From contig CAYSVM010000001.1 in assembly GCA_964434605.1 (NCBI GenBank), positions 54,011 through 118,010 on the forward strand: 64,000 bases of DNA, read 5' to 3'. This document shows positions 19,866-29,860 of this stretch, in pieces. The position numbers and the translations under genes are program-made. The number at the start of each line of letters is the position of its first letter. Position 1 is the first letter of the stretch. A model generated the notes under the pieces. It was not told the origin of the DNA. It was given only the letters and a program-made list of their open reading frames with translations, and made no database searches. Origin of the DNA: an uncultured Candidatus Saccharibacteria bacterium. Lineage in GTDB: Bacteria > Patescibacteriota > Kazan-3B-28.

Positions 19866-20477
19866 CTAGTCAAGGGTAGACTGAGTAAACTTACTTCGTA
19901 ATACCACCTTAACTGGGGCAAAGCTCTTTCGATGTGCTCCGCAAATCCCATGTTTGGCAATCCTCTCTTGATGCAAAGAAGTACCATATCCCTTATGAAT
20001 AGCAAACCCAAATCTCGGATATTTCTGATGCAAATCTACCATCAGTCGATCTCTCAAAACCTTTGCCACAATAGAAGCTGCTGCAATAGACATCGATTTT
20101 CTATCGCCATCAATAATCCCACTACTAGGAGCCTGCGAAAAATTTACTTTAAAACCATCCACTAAAATAAAGTCGGGCTTCTTCTTCAGCCCCTCAACTG
20201 CTTTAGCCATTGCCACGTAAGTCGCTTGCGCCACCCCCAACCTATCTACCTCTTCTACTTCTACTACACCCACCCCAATGGCTAGGGCCAGCTTCTCTAT
20301 CTTCGCCAAAAGATCATCCCGTTGAGCGGGACTTAGTTGTTTTGAATCATTGATTCCTGTTTTTTCAGGAAGTTCAGAAGGCAAAATAACAGCAGCAACA
20401 ACAACTGGTCCAGCCCAAGCGCCTCGACCAGCTTCATCTACTCCAGCAACTAACTTAACTCCGGCCGCCTTCAGCAT
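19866..20477 (-). CDS. rnhB: Ribonuclease HII
   Basis: 'GVDEAGRGAWAGPVVVAAVIL' catalytic motif. The start was placed at the internal Met (MLKAAGV). The longer ORF to 20549 would overlap rplS by 95 nt. Confidence 0.85.
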   Translation of the reverse strand: MLKAAGVKLVAGVDEAGRGAWAGPVVVAAVILPSELPEKTGINDSKQLSPAQRDDLLAKIEKLALAIGVGVVEVEEVDRLGVAQATYVAMAKAVEGLKKKPDFILVDGFKVNFSQAPSSGIIDGDRKSMSIAAASIVAKVLRDRLMVDLHQKYPRFGFAIHKGYGTSLHQERIAKHGICGAHRKSFAPVKVVLRSKFTQSTLD

Positions 20478-21072
20478 CGTTTCCAACTCCAGCGTCGGAC
20501 TGGTCAGTAGCTGACTGCTCTTCCCCCGGGTCTTGCTCTTTGATTCCATCGTTTACCTCCGGCTGGGAATCGGATCCCAAAGATTCGCTTTCTTCCTGAA
20601 TTGGTTGAGCCTCTTCCGCCTTCTTTTCTTCTTCCGCTTGTACCGCCTCGGCAATATCTTCTTCAGTCGCTTCTGTCTTTACTTCCTCCACCTGACCCAA
20701 AGCCTCTGCCCATGCTTCCTTTTTACGTCCACTTTCTTTCATCTTCAACGCTTTCCCCGTCAGAGCCCGAAGAAAATACAACTTCGCTCTTTTAGCTGCA
20801 GAGCTTTGCTTAAACTCAACCTTCACCACATTAGGCGAATGAAGCAAGAACACTTTTTCTACCCCAATACCAGAAGCGATCTTCCGTACAGTAAAACTAG
20901 CATTTGCGCTCACGCCATGATTGGTTGCAATTACAATGCCTTCAAAAACCTGTATTCGCTCCTTGTTACCCTCACGAATCTTTTGATGCACACGCACCAC
21001 GTCCCCAACCTCTATTTTGGGCACATCGGACTTACGGAACAGCTTCAAAATTGGTTCAGCAATTGAGTTCAT
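20455..21072 (-). CDS. rplS: 50S ribosomal protein L19 with an acidic C-terminal tail of about 90 aa
   Basis: L19 core 'KIEVGDVVRVHQKIREGNKERIQVFEGIVIA...RKIASGIGVEKVF', followed by an E/D/Q-rich tail. Confidence 0.85.
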   Translation of the reverse strand: MNSIAEPILKLFRKSDVPKIEVGDVVRVHQKIREGNKERIQVFEGIVIATNHGVSANASFTVRKIASGIGVEKVFLLHSPNVVKVEFKQSSAAKRAKLYFLRALTGKALKMKESGRKKEAWAEALGQVEEVKTEATEEDIAEAVQAEEEKKAEEAQPIQEESESLGSDSQPEVNDGIKEQDPGEEQSATDQSDAGVGNDAEGGRS

Positions 21073-21123
21073 AACCTGAACATCCTACCAAAAGGCCGTC
21101 TCCAGTGCAAGGTTTTTTGCAAA

Positions 21124-21154
21124 GTCCCCACTCCTGTAAGGAAGGAGTGGGGAC
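21124..21154. terminator. GC-rich hairpin (11-bp stem) between the lipase-like gene and rplS
   Basis: gtccccactcc-tgtaaggaa-ggagtggggac. The flanking T/A runs are weak on both strands. Confidence 0.4.
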
Positions 21155-21162
21155 TTAAAGGT

Positions 21163-23118
21163 TCACTTCACGTCAAACTGAGTCCCTTTAGCTCGCCAGA
21201 TAGCAGCCTGGTCCAGACTAATGGACTCATCCCCTCTGGCAATGGTGGAAACTATCTCTGCCAGATTCAGCTGACGGATATCTCCCCCTATAGCCAGATA
21301 CAGCCAGTTTTCCTGACTATCCATACCCATTAAGGTAGGCATGGGGATTTGGCCGTCTGAAAGCACTTCGTTCAAAGCCTTGGCACCAACCGTTAGACTC
21401 ACCCGCAAAGTCCCCCATTGGCCAGTAACAACGCTAACGGTGGATTCATCTGCCTCTGCCCGTATCGCCAGTAAGACTGGACCTATCTTGATCGGGCAAA
21501 GTGTCCGATTGTCCACTAGTCTAGTTTTGCCCAGGGGGTATTCATTTGCCTCCAGACTCACCCACCTAAGGTCACTACCACCAGAAAAATTAGTAGTAGA
21601 AAAATAGACCTTGCCTCCCAAGACCACAGGCGGATATTCAATCGCTAGAGGCCCTTGAACAAGTACCCTAGAAAGACCTCCGTTTGTTCTTAGAACCAAG
21701 TTGCCGTTGCTAACAAAGACAATCAGCCCGTCTCCAACAGAAGCCAGAGAGCTCTTTCCGTCCCTTGTTAGTTGGACAACTTTGTTACCGGAAATTAGGA
21801 CGATGTCGGAACCACCTGCGTAATTCCATGTCGCAAGCAGTTTGTCGTCCATCCACTGTGGCCAAGAATACCAGCCTTGTGGCAAATAGAGTTTACGTGG
21901 GTTAGCAAACTGACTGTCGGCAACAGAAATACCACTATCCTCGTTAATCCAAACCAAACGCGCCTGATCCAGACCATCCGCTTGTGTTTGAGGGATGTTA
22001 ATAACAGGAACATCTGGCAACCAAAGATCAAATGTGCCACTTTCCGACTCAGTCTTCTGCAAGATCCTTGGAAAAAGCCAGTCGATAACTGCACGATGAA
22101 CTTCTAGACCACCATTCCCCTGGAGCATCTCTGCGTGGTCGTGGTTTTCAACCAGCAGAGTACGGGCATCCCCGGTATATCCTTCGCACCAGGCCGAACT
22201 CAATGGAACCATCCCGTCACTTCCCTTGTGTTGCGAATCTTCGATCAGCCGAGCACCTAAAGTGTAAACCGGCCGATCTTGATTAGCCCCAAAAGGAAGT
22301 TTGGAACTAGTCAGAAATGCAACTCCGATATTCCGCCCCATTAAACTCCGACTCAATGGTGGAATCTTACTCCCAACCAAAAGCCAGTCTTCGGTAAACG
22401 GATGTTTGGAATGCAAATCCCGCATCTCAGCACAGTCGGTACGCAACCACCTCGTCCCTTCCGAATCGGGAGGCAAACGTGGCTCCAAAAATTTCCACCA
22501 CACTTTATAAAAGTATGGGAAAAGTTTCTGAACCACCGTTTTTACTTTCTCTTTATCCGCCAAAGGACTCCCCAAATGCGGAGTGGAAAGAGTAATTACT
22601 CGATCCACTTTTCTGCCACCGGTTCGCACCCAGTAGCAGTAAGCCACATTCCCGCCTTTACTATGGCAGACCAATGAAAGCTTCTGCCCCGCTTTGGTAA
22701 GGTCGGGATCGTTTTCAATCTTGGCGTCCAACCACCCTACGATATCCGGATCGCCAAAACTGGAGTTGTACCAATACCCATACCATTTGGTTTTGTCGTA
22801 CAATTTTTCCCCGCATTCTTCTAAGAAGATTGCTTGGCAGTTAGAGAGCAAGGAATTTGTCATCCTGCGAAAATCGTTCTCCGATGGACCATCTTCGTCC
22901 CTAGACCCATTCATTCCAAGAACGAGAACAACAGGATACCGATTCCCCAACGGCTGACTGTCGCTAAGTTCAACCCAGCAACCCCTAGCCTTCCACGCCC
23001 GCAAATCGTCTCCGATGGAGTTCTGCAACAAACTGTCTGGGCCAACTGATGCCCAGACTGCCGTGGTAGCAATTAATGCTACTCCCACAGCTTTCCAAGA
23101 CAACAGTTTGGCCAGCAT
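21163..23118 (-). CDS. Secreted alpha/beta-hydrolase (lipase/esterase-like, PGAP1/DUF676-type) with a C-terminal beta-rich domain
   Basis: Signal peptide 'VGVALIATTAVWASVG' and a nucleophile elbow 'LVCHSKGGNV'. 651 aa. Confidence 0.55.
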   Translation of the reverse strand: MLAKLLSWKAVGVALIATTAVWASVGPDSLLQNSIGDDLRAWKARGCWVELSDSQPLGNRYPVVLVLGMNGSRDEDGPSENDFRRMTNSLLSNCQAIFLEECGEKLYDKTKWYGYWYNSSFGDPDIVGWLDAKIENDPDLTKAGQKLSLVCHSKGGNVAYCYWVRTGGRKVDRVITLSTPHLGSPLADKEKVKTVVQKLFPYFYKVWWKFLEPRLPPDSEGTRWLRTDCAEMRDLHSKHPFTEDWLLVGSKIPPLSRSLMGRNIGVAFLTSSKLPFGANQDRPVYTLGARLIEDSQHKGSDGMVPLSSAWCEGYTGDARTLLVENHDHAEMLQGNGGLEVHRAVIDWLFPRILQKTESESGTFDLWLPDVPVINIPQTQADGLDQARLVWINEDSGISVADSQFANPRKLYLPQGWYSWPQWMDDKLLATWNYAGGSDIVLISGNKVVQLTRDGKSSLASVGDGLIVFVSNGNLVLRTNGGLSRVLVQGPLAIEYPPVVLGGKVYFSTTNFSGGSDLRWVSLEANEYPLGKTRLVDNRTLCPIKIGPVLLAIRAEADESTVSVVTGQWGTLRVSLTVGAKALNEVLSDGQIPMPTLMGMDSQENWLYLAIGGDIRQLNLAEIVSTIARGDESISLDQAAIWRAKGTQFDVK

Positions 23119-23151
23119 TTGTGGCCACCTCCTTTTTGTTAAAGTACAGTC

Positions 23152-26100
23152 TTATTTAAGAATTTGGAAAAGCTCCCTTTCTAACTCCAAAGATCTAGCT
23201 GCTTGCGCACTAGTGGGAACTTTTTGCCATCGACCGTTACTAAATACCTCTAGCATTACTTTATTCGCACCCGGATACTTTTCCAGAGTCTGCTTTAGAA
23301 CCGTCAACTTGGCATTTGTAAAAGCTTTGGGCAATTTTATTAGCATCCCCCCTTCTGTGTATTCAAATCTTTGCACCATTGAATAAGCCACCACAGATCG
23401 ATTATCCGCTTTGCTAGTCATCGCGACTGCTTCTTCCAATTGCTTTAAATATGCATCAGTGACTTCATATGCTTCGCCAACCAAAATCTTTGGTTCCGTA
23501 AGTATTGCAATACTTTCGCCCTGATTCTCCGCTCGTTCTTTTACTGTTACCTTCCCGGATACCAACACCACCTTATCTCGTTCCCAGATACTTCGGGTAG
23601 CATCCAATACCCTTGGAAAAACTATCGCCTCAATCGTTCCTCCCAAGTCTTCTAATGTAACGAACAACATTGCGTCACCGTTTTTGGTAAATACTTTCTG
23701 AACTCTAGCCACCACCCCCGCTACTTTTGCAGTCCTACCGTCATCTTCTCCAGAAAGAGAAATCGTAGATCTCACAATACCAGATAGTCGTGGCATAATT
23801 TCTTTTAAGGGATGCTTAGAAACAAAAGTTCCAAGATATTCTTTCTCCCAAATCAATTTTTGCTGATCAGTTGCCGAATCTGCCGAAACAAGCTGGATTG
23901 TCTGCTTAGTTGCTACTTCCTCTTTTCCAAATATTCCCAATTGATTGGAATTCAAGTGTCTCTGATGTTCAGAAGAAAAGTTCAAAATTGATTCAACATT
24001 AGTAAACAAAGCATTCCTCTCCCCAAAGTCATCCAATGCTCCTGCCAGAATTAAACTCTCTAAAGTTTTGCGATTTACTACTTCCTTACCAGCACGTTTA
24101 ATAAAGTCTGCCAAGCTCTGATACAAGCCATTCTTCTGCCGCTCTTCCACAATAATGTCCGATACTTTCTGCCCAACATTTTTAATCGCATTGAGCCCGA
24201 AAACAATATCTCCAGTTTCCTTCACCACGGCAAAATCAGTAAAACTTTTATTCACTGAAGGTGGCAAAACCCGAATCTTCATATGCTCACACTCGGCAAT
24301 ATCTTTGGCGATTCTTTCCAAGTCCTGCTGGTCAGATGTCATTAGCGCGGCCATAAATGCATTGGGAAAATGTGCTTTTAGATACGCTGTCCAGTAAGCA
24401 ATAACCGCATAACTCACAGCATGTGCCCGGTTGAAACCATAAAGCGCAAACGGCTCAACAAAATGAAACAATTGTTCAGCAATATCTGCTCTCACCCCGT
24501 TAGCAATACCTCCAGCAATGAATTTCTCTTTTTGCTCGTTTAGAAGTTTCACGTTTTTCTTTCCAATCGCCCTTCTCAAAACATCTGCTTCACCCAATGT
24601 AAATCCGCACAAGTCCCGAGCAATCTGTAAAACCTGTTCCTGATAAACAGCAATCCCATATGTATCTTTCAGGATAGGCTCCAATTTGGGATGTAAGTAT
24701 TCTATCTTTTTTAGTCCGTGCTTACGAGCAATAAAATCAGGAATAAGCTCAATCGGACCCGGTCTATAAAGTGCAACCATAGCAGCAATGTCTCCAAAGA
24801 CACTCGGCTTTAATTCTTTTAGATACCGTCTCATCCCTTCACCTTCCAGCTGAAACACACCCGTTGTATTAGTTGCCGCAAGAAGAGTAAAAGTTTTTTT
24901 ATCATCAAAAGGTAACTTGCTCAAGTCAATTTCTTTTTCGTGAATCTTTCTGACAATTCTCAAAGTATTCTTGATGATAGTAAGGTTCTTTAATCCCAAA
25001 AAATCCATTTTCAAAAGCCCAATGGACTCCAACGGATACATTGAATATTGGGTCACCAAAACCTTATCATCTGACGGAGAATATTGAATAGGAGTGTAAT
25101 TTGTAAGATCCATATCCCCAATCACAACCCCAGCTGCATGCACCGAAGCGTGTCGTATTGTTCCCTCTAGTCTCATAGAAAGATCAATCAGCTTCTTAGC
25201 CATCTCACCTCCCTCATAGATCGCTTTCAATTCCTGGACACTTTCAATATGTTTTTTTAAAGGAATGAACTTCCCTTGTTGAGGCGGTGGAATTAGTTTG
25301 GCAATCTTGTCCACCTCGCCATACGGTACTCCCAAAACTCTTCCAACATCCCGAATTGCCGCTCGAGAAGCCATGGTCCCAAAAGTAATAATCTGTGCCA
25401 CCTTGTCGTTACCATACTTTTGTCTAACATATTCAATTACTTCTGCCCTCCGATCGTCCGCAAAATCCAAATCGATATCCGGCATACTCACACGTTCTGG
25501 ATTAAGAAAACGTTCAAAAAGTAATCCGTGCTCTAGAGGATTTACTTCGGTAATGCGCAAGACATATGAGACCAAACTACCTGCCGCACTTCCTCTTCCT
25601 GGTCCAACTACAATCCCCTGGTCTTTAGCCCAATTCACAAAATCTGCCACCGTCAGCATATATCCCTTGTATCCCATCTGAGCGATCACCCCAATCTCGT
25701 AATCCAGACGTTGGCGAATCGCATCGTCTATCTTTTCACCAAATCGCATCTTCAATCCCGCTTCCACTTGCTTTAAGAAGAAGTCATCAACGGTTTTTCC
25801 ACCAGGAGGAACGAATTTAGGAAAAACTAGCTTTCCCATTGGGATCTCTAAATTACATTTCTCAGAAATCTTAATGGTGTTTTCAATTGCCTCAGGAACA
25901 TGCTTAAACGCTTCGATAATCTCCTGTGGTTCCCTCACATGATATGCTTCGTCACGCATAGACATCCTGTTAGTATCGCCCATACGAGCTGCCGTCTGGA
26001 CACATAGCAATGCATCTTGTGCCTCTGCGTCATCTGCAGACAAATAATGAGAATCTGCCGTCGCTACTAACGGAATATTAAGTTCATTAGAAAGCAAGAT

Positions 26101-26670
26101 AAGTGCATCATTTACCTTTGCTTGTTCAGGAATATTTGGATGGTATTGTAGCTCTAGATAATAGTCTTCTTTAAAGACTTCTTTGTGCCATGTTGCAACC
26201 GACTTAGCTTTTTTTAAGTCGTTAGCCAATATCGCCTGTGCTACTTCCCCCTTCAAACATCCCGACATTGCCACCAGTCCTGCTGAATATTTATTCAGCG
26301 TTTCACGATCAACTCTCGGTTTGTAATAAAATCCCCGCAGATGCGCTTCTGTAGTTAGCTTCATTAAGTTGCGGTACCCTTCGAGATCTTTTGCCAGTAA
26401 AACTAAATGAAAATAATTTCGCTCTCCCCGAGTCATCTCACGATCCGACATCTGCCCAGCTGTAACATAGACCTCATTACCAATAATCGGCTTAATACCA
26501 GCCGACCTACATTCTTTGTAAAACTCAATAGCACCGTACATCACTCCGTGATCGGTCAGCGCTGCCGCTTCGCTTCCCTGCTCTACGATTTTCTTCACCA
26601 AATCTGGTATCTTCGTCATACCATCGAGCAGACTGTAATGGCTGTGCAGATGCAGATGCACAAACTTCAC
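23152..26670 (-). CDS. dnaE: DNA polymerase III alpha subunit
   Basis: PHP domain 'HLHLHSHYSLLDGM', the pol III alpha core, and an OB domain. 1172 aa. Confidence 0.95.
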   Translation of the reverse strand: MKFVHLHLHSHYSLLDGMTKIPDLVKKIVEQGSEAAALTDHGVMYGAIEFYKECRSAGIKPIIGNEVYVTAGQMSDREMTRGERNYFHLVLLAKDLEGYRNLMKLTTEAHLRGFYYKPRVDRETLNKYSAGLVAMSGCLKGEVAQAILANDLKKAKSVATWHKEVFKEDYYLELQYHPNIPEQAKVNDALILLSNELNIPLVATADSHYLSADDAEAQDALLCVQTAARMGDTNRMSMRDEAYHVREPQEIIEAFKHVPEAIENTIKISEKCNLEIPMGKLVFPKFVPPGGKTVDDFFLKQVEAGLKMRFGEKIDDAIRQRLDYEIGVIAQMGYKGYMLTVADFVNWAKDQGIVVGPGRGSAAGSLVSYVLRITEVNPLEHGLLFERFLNPERVSMPDIDLDFADDRRAEVIEYVRQKYGNDKVAQIITFGTMASRAAIRDVGRVLGVPYGEVDKIAKLIPPPQQGKFIPLKKHIESVQELKAIYEGGEMAKKLIDLSMRLEGTIRHASVHAAGVVIGDMDLTNYTPIQYSPSDDKVLVTQYSMYPLESIGLLKMDFLGLKNLTIIKNTLRIVRKIHEKEIDLSKLPFDDKKTFTLLAATNTTGVFQLEGEGMRRYLKELKPSVFGDIAAMVALYRPGPIELIPDFIARKHGLKKIEYLHPKLEPILKDTYGIAVYQEQVLQIARDLCGFTLGEADVLRRAIGKKNVKLLNEQKEKFIAGGIANGVRADIAEQLFHFVEPFALYGFNRAHAVSYAVIAYWTAYLKAHFPNAFMAALMTSDQQDLERIAKDIAECEHMKIRVLPPSVNKSFTDFAVVKETGDIVFGLNAIKNVGQKVSDIIVEERQKNGLYQSLADFIKRAGKEVVNRKTLESLILAGALDDFGERNALFTNVESILNFSSEHQRHLNSNQLGIFGKEEVATKQTIQLVSADSATDQQKLIWEKEYLGTFVSKHPLKEIMPRLSGIVRSTISLSGEDDGRTAKVAGVVARVQKVFTKNGDAMLFVTLEDLGGTIEAIVFPRVLDATRSIWERDKVVLVSGKVTVKERAENQGESIAILTEPKILVGEAYEVTDAYLKQLEEAVAMTSKADNRSVVAYSMVQRFEYTEGGMLIKLPKAFTNAKLTVLKQTLEKYPGANKVMLEVFSNGRWQKVPTSAQAARSLELERELFQILK

Positions 26671-26761
26671 TCCTCACCTCCCTATCTTCAAGAAGTTGGT
26701 ATAAAACGTTACCCCTAATTCTATCACCTTCCCCCAGGCCCAGGAATCAAGAAGCAACCCC

Positions 26762-27385
26762 CTACCCCCTACGCCTACCTGAAAATGCTATCCCCAGAAG
26801 AATAGAAATAACTAACGCTAACCCCAACCCTCCCAGCAAAACAGGGCTAGCCAGCATGAAATCAGCAAACCCCACTGCTAATCCAACCAGCCACTTCCCA
26901 ATTTCCACCTTAGCGAGAAACCAAACCAACAAAACAAAAATTAAAATACCAGCCAAAAAACCTATAAGCATTCGCGGGTGAGTTCCCCAAAAATAGTTTA
27001 GTCCCGTAGTCCATCTTTCGAACCACCCCCGTTCTTTCCAATCTCTGCCGATCATATCCAGAATTCCCTGCAAAAAAGCAGAACTCGCTTTACTAGCATC
27101 TGTCTTCGTTATCCGATGTCCAATATGGCCTAGAATATGTTGGTAAACTTTTTCTGCCGAAAGTAACGCTTTAACATCTCGGAACAACTCTCCGGCATTA
27201 CGAATCCGTTCCTCAACACCCTCGCCAAAACTCACCTCATCTAGTACCTGACGAAAAATCTTCGCCGCCTCTACGACCGCCATTGCCCAACTCGCATCGT
27301 CCTTAGTGGCAAGTAGCTGTTCCACCCTCTTCCATTCCGCCTCAACTGAAACAGTATCTTTAGTAGTTGTTTGCAATTCGTCCAT
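26762..27385 (-). CDS. Hypothetical membrane protein (C-terminal TM helices)
   Basis: 207 aa with a soluble N-terminal helical domain followed by 3 TM segments. Confidence 0.5.
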   Translation of the reverse strand: MDELQTTTKDTVSVEAEWKRVEQLLATKDDASWAMAVVEAAKIFRQVLDEVSFGEGVEERIRNAGELFRDVKALLSAEKVYQHILGHIGHRITKTDASKASSAFLQGILDMIGRDWKERGWFERWTTGLNYFWGTHPRMLIGFLAGILIFVLLVWFLAKVEIGKWLVGLAVGFADFMLASPVLLGGLGLALVISILLGIAFSGRRRG

Positions 27386-29727
27386 TACACAAAGTTTACA
27401 ATCTTATCTTCAACAAAAATATACTTAGACGAACTAGCTACTAGAGCTGCTAGTTTGTCGTTCTCATTGACCGCAGCTAATACCACTTGCTCATCTGATC
27501 CAGCGGGAATGCTTACCGTACCACGCAACTTCCCTTTTTCCTGCACGACAATTGTAACCATTGTTGCCTTTGTTTTTTTAGGGTCAAATATGGGCCACTT
27601 TGCATCTGATACGCTCCCTTTTTCGCCCAACACTTTCTGCCACAACTCTTCCGCCAAATGTGGTGCGAAAGGGTTTAGTAGTTTCACGAAATCCCCCAAC
27701 CAATTATTACTATCTTCTTTAGATACCTCATTAATGAATTCCATGAAAGCAGCAACCGCTGTATTAAACTTCATTCCCTCGATATGTTCAGTCACTTTTT
27801 TGATAAGCCCGTGGATCGCATCGCTTTGTCCGCTCACCCTACCCGACCGGCTACTTACTATTCGGTAAACCCGATCCAAGAACTTTCTTACCCCAACCAC
27901 TCCATTCGTATCCCAAGCAATAGATTGGTCGAATGGACCCATAAACATTTCGTACATTCGTACCGTATCTGCTCCGAATTGCTCTATTAGATCATCAGGG
28001 TTTATTACATTCCCCCGACTTTTGCTCATCTTCTCCCCATCTGTTCCCAGTACCAATCCTTGATGTCTCAACTTCAGAAATGGTTCATCAAAAGATAGGT
28101 AACCAAGTTTCTTTAACACTTTTGTAATAAATCTCGCATAGAGTAAATGTCCGTTAGTGTGCTCCGCCCCACCAATATACAAGTCTACTGGCATCCAGTA
28201 TTTCAACTGCTCCTTGCTAGCAAATTCCTTTTTGTTATTCGGATCACAGTAGCGTAAAAAATACCACGAAGAACATACAAACGTATCCATAGTATCTAAT
28301 TCCCGCCTTGCTCCTGCACCGTATTTTTCTATTCCGTCCTGGAAAGCCTCCGAACCAGCCAATGGCGATTCACCCTTGGGGGTGAAGTCTACATCAGTAG
28401 GAAGTAAGACTGGTAAATCTTTTTCATCCAAACTTTTAACTGCTCCATCACCCAAATAAACGATTGGAATTGGCGCCCCCCAATATCTTTGACGAGAAAT
28501 TAGCCAATCATGCAATTTGTACCGTACCTTCATCTCTCCGCCAAACTTCTTAGCAATCTCTAGTCCAGCCTTTTTTGAATCCTGCCCATCAAACTCACCT
28601 GAATTCATCAACTCACCATGTCCGGAATAAAGTTTTTCATCAGACTTAATAACCTGAATAACTGACAACTCAAACTTTTGGGCAAATTCAAAATCCCGCT
28701 CGTCATGCGCTGGCACCGCCATAATCGCTCCCGTCCCATAATTAGTTAGTACGTAATCAGCGATCCAAATTGGAATTTCTTTTCCAGTTGCTGGATTCAC
28801 CGCAAAACTTCCAGTAAACACTCCCGTCTTTTCCTTTGCCATCATCCGATCCAAATTCGTCTTTAATCTAGTCTGAGCCACATATTCCTCAACTGCCATT
28901 TTCTGCTGGGGAGTTGTAAGCTGGTTCACCAATTCGTGTTCTGGAGCCAGCACCATAAATGTAGCTCCAAACAATGTATCCGGTCTTGTTGTAAATACCT
29001 CGATATCCAAATCGCCCGATTTAAACCTCAACATTGCGCCTTCACTTTTTCCAATCCAATTGCGTTGTCCTGTCTTAGTAGACTCTGGCCAATCGAGATT
29101 ATGTAACCCTTCCAACAACTCTTCAGCAAAATCTGTAATCCGGAAAAACCACTGCTTAAGTTTCTTCTGTTCTACTTGTGTTCCGCATCGATCACACTTG
29201 CCGTCGTTCACCTGTTCATTCGCTAACACCGTCTGACAACCAGAACACCAATTGGCATATGCCTCTTTTTGGTAGGCATAGCCGTTATCGTATAGAACCT
29301 TAAAGATCCATTGTGTCCATTTGTAGTAATTAGAATCGGAAGTATTTACTTCCCTGTCCCAATCGTATGCAAATCCAAACGCCTTCACCTGCCGAGTAAA
29401 GTTAGCAATATTATCTTTTGTAGTTTGACTCGGATGAACCCCCTTTTTGATAGCATAATTTTCTGCGGGCAAACCAAATGCATCCCAGCCAACTGGACGC
29501 ATTACGTTGTAGCCCTTCATTCTGTAATAACGAGCAAAAATATCTGTAGCCGTGTAGCTACGAGGATGTCCCGTATGCAAACCATCCCCTGATGGATATG
29601 CGAACATGTCCATCGCGTAAAACTTTGGCCGCTTGTCTCCATTAACCACCCGAAAAGTCTGCTCTTTGGCCCAGTACTTTTGCCATTTCAGCTCTACCTC
29701 CTTGTGTTCATATCTCCCTTCTGCCAT
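27385..29727 (-). CDS. leuS: Leucyl-tRNA synthetase
   Basis: 'PYPSGDGLHTGHPRSY' HIGH region, 'WDAFGLPAEN', and KMSKS 'KMSKSRGN'. Confidence 0.95.
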   Translation of the reverse strand: MAEGRYEHKEVELKWQKYWAKEQTFRVVNGDKRPKFYAMDMFAYPSGDGLHTGHPRSYTATDIFARYYRMKGYNVMRPVGWDAFGLPAENYAIKKGVHPSQTTKDNIANFTRQVKAFGFAYDWDREVNTSDSNYYKWTQWIFKVLYDNGYAYQKEAYANWCSGCQTVLANEQVNDGKCDRCGTQVEQKKLKQWFFRITDFAEELLEGLHNLDWPESTKTGQRNWIGKSEGAMLRFKSGDLDIEVFTTRPDTLFGATFMVLAPEHELVNQLTTPQQKMAVEEYVAQTRLKTNLDRMMAKEKTGVFTGSFAVNPATGKEIPIWIADYVLTNYGTGAIMAVPAHDERDFEFAQKFELSVIQVIKSDEKLYSGHGELMNSGEFDGQDSKKAGLEIAKKFGGEMKVRYKLHDWLISRQRYWGAPIPIVYLGDGAVKSLDEKDLPVLLPTDVDFTPKGESPLAGSEAFQDGIEKYGAGARRELDTMDTFVCSSWYFLRYCDPNNKKEFASKEQLKYWMPVDLYIGGAEHTNGHLLYARFITKVLKKLGYLSFDEPFLKLRHQGLVLGTDGEKMSKSRGNVINPDDLIEQFGADTVRMYEMFMGPFDQSIAWDTNGVVGVRKFLDRVYRIVSSRSGRVSGQSDAIHGLIKKVTEHIEGMKFNTAVAAFMEFINEVSKEDSNNWLGDFVKLLNPFAPHLAEELWQKVLGEKGSVSDAKWPIFDPKKTKATMVTIVVQEKGKLRGTVSIPAGSDEQVVLAAVNENDKLAALVASSSKYIFVEDKIVNFV

Positions 29728-29860
29728 GGGTATATCATAACAAAAACAAGCTCAAAGCCGTTCCCTACCCTATATACTAGTAATTTAGAGATAAAAAGAG
29801 GATACTTTATTTGTATTTATCTCCAGCTTTCATATATCTACTAACCTTACTTTAAATAAG

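Noticed and set aside
20533-21066. 177-aa plus-strand ORF
   Set aside because: It is antisense to rplS and its acidic tail (Phe/Leu-rich reverse translation) and has no signal.
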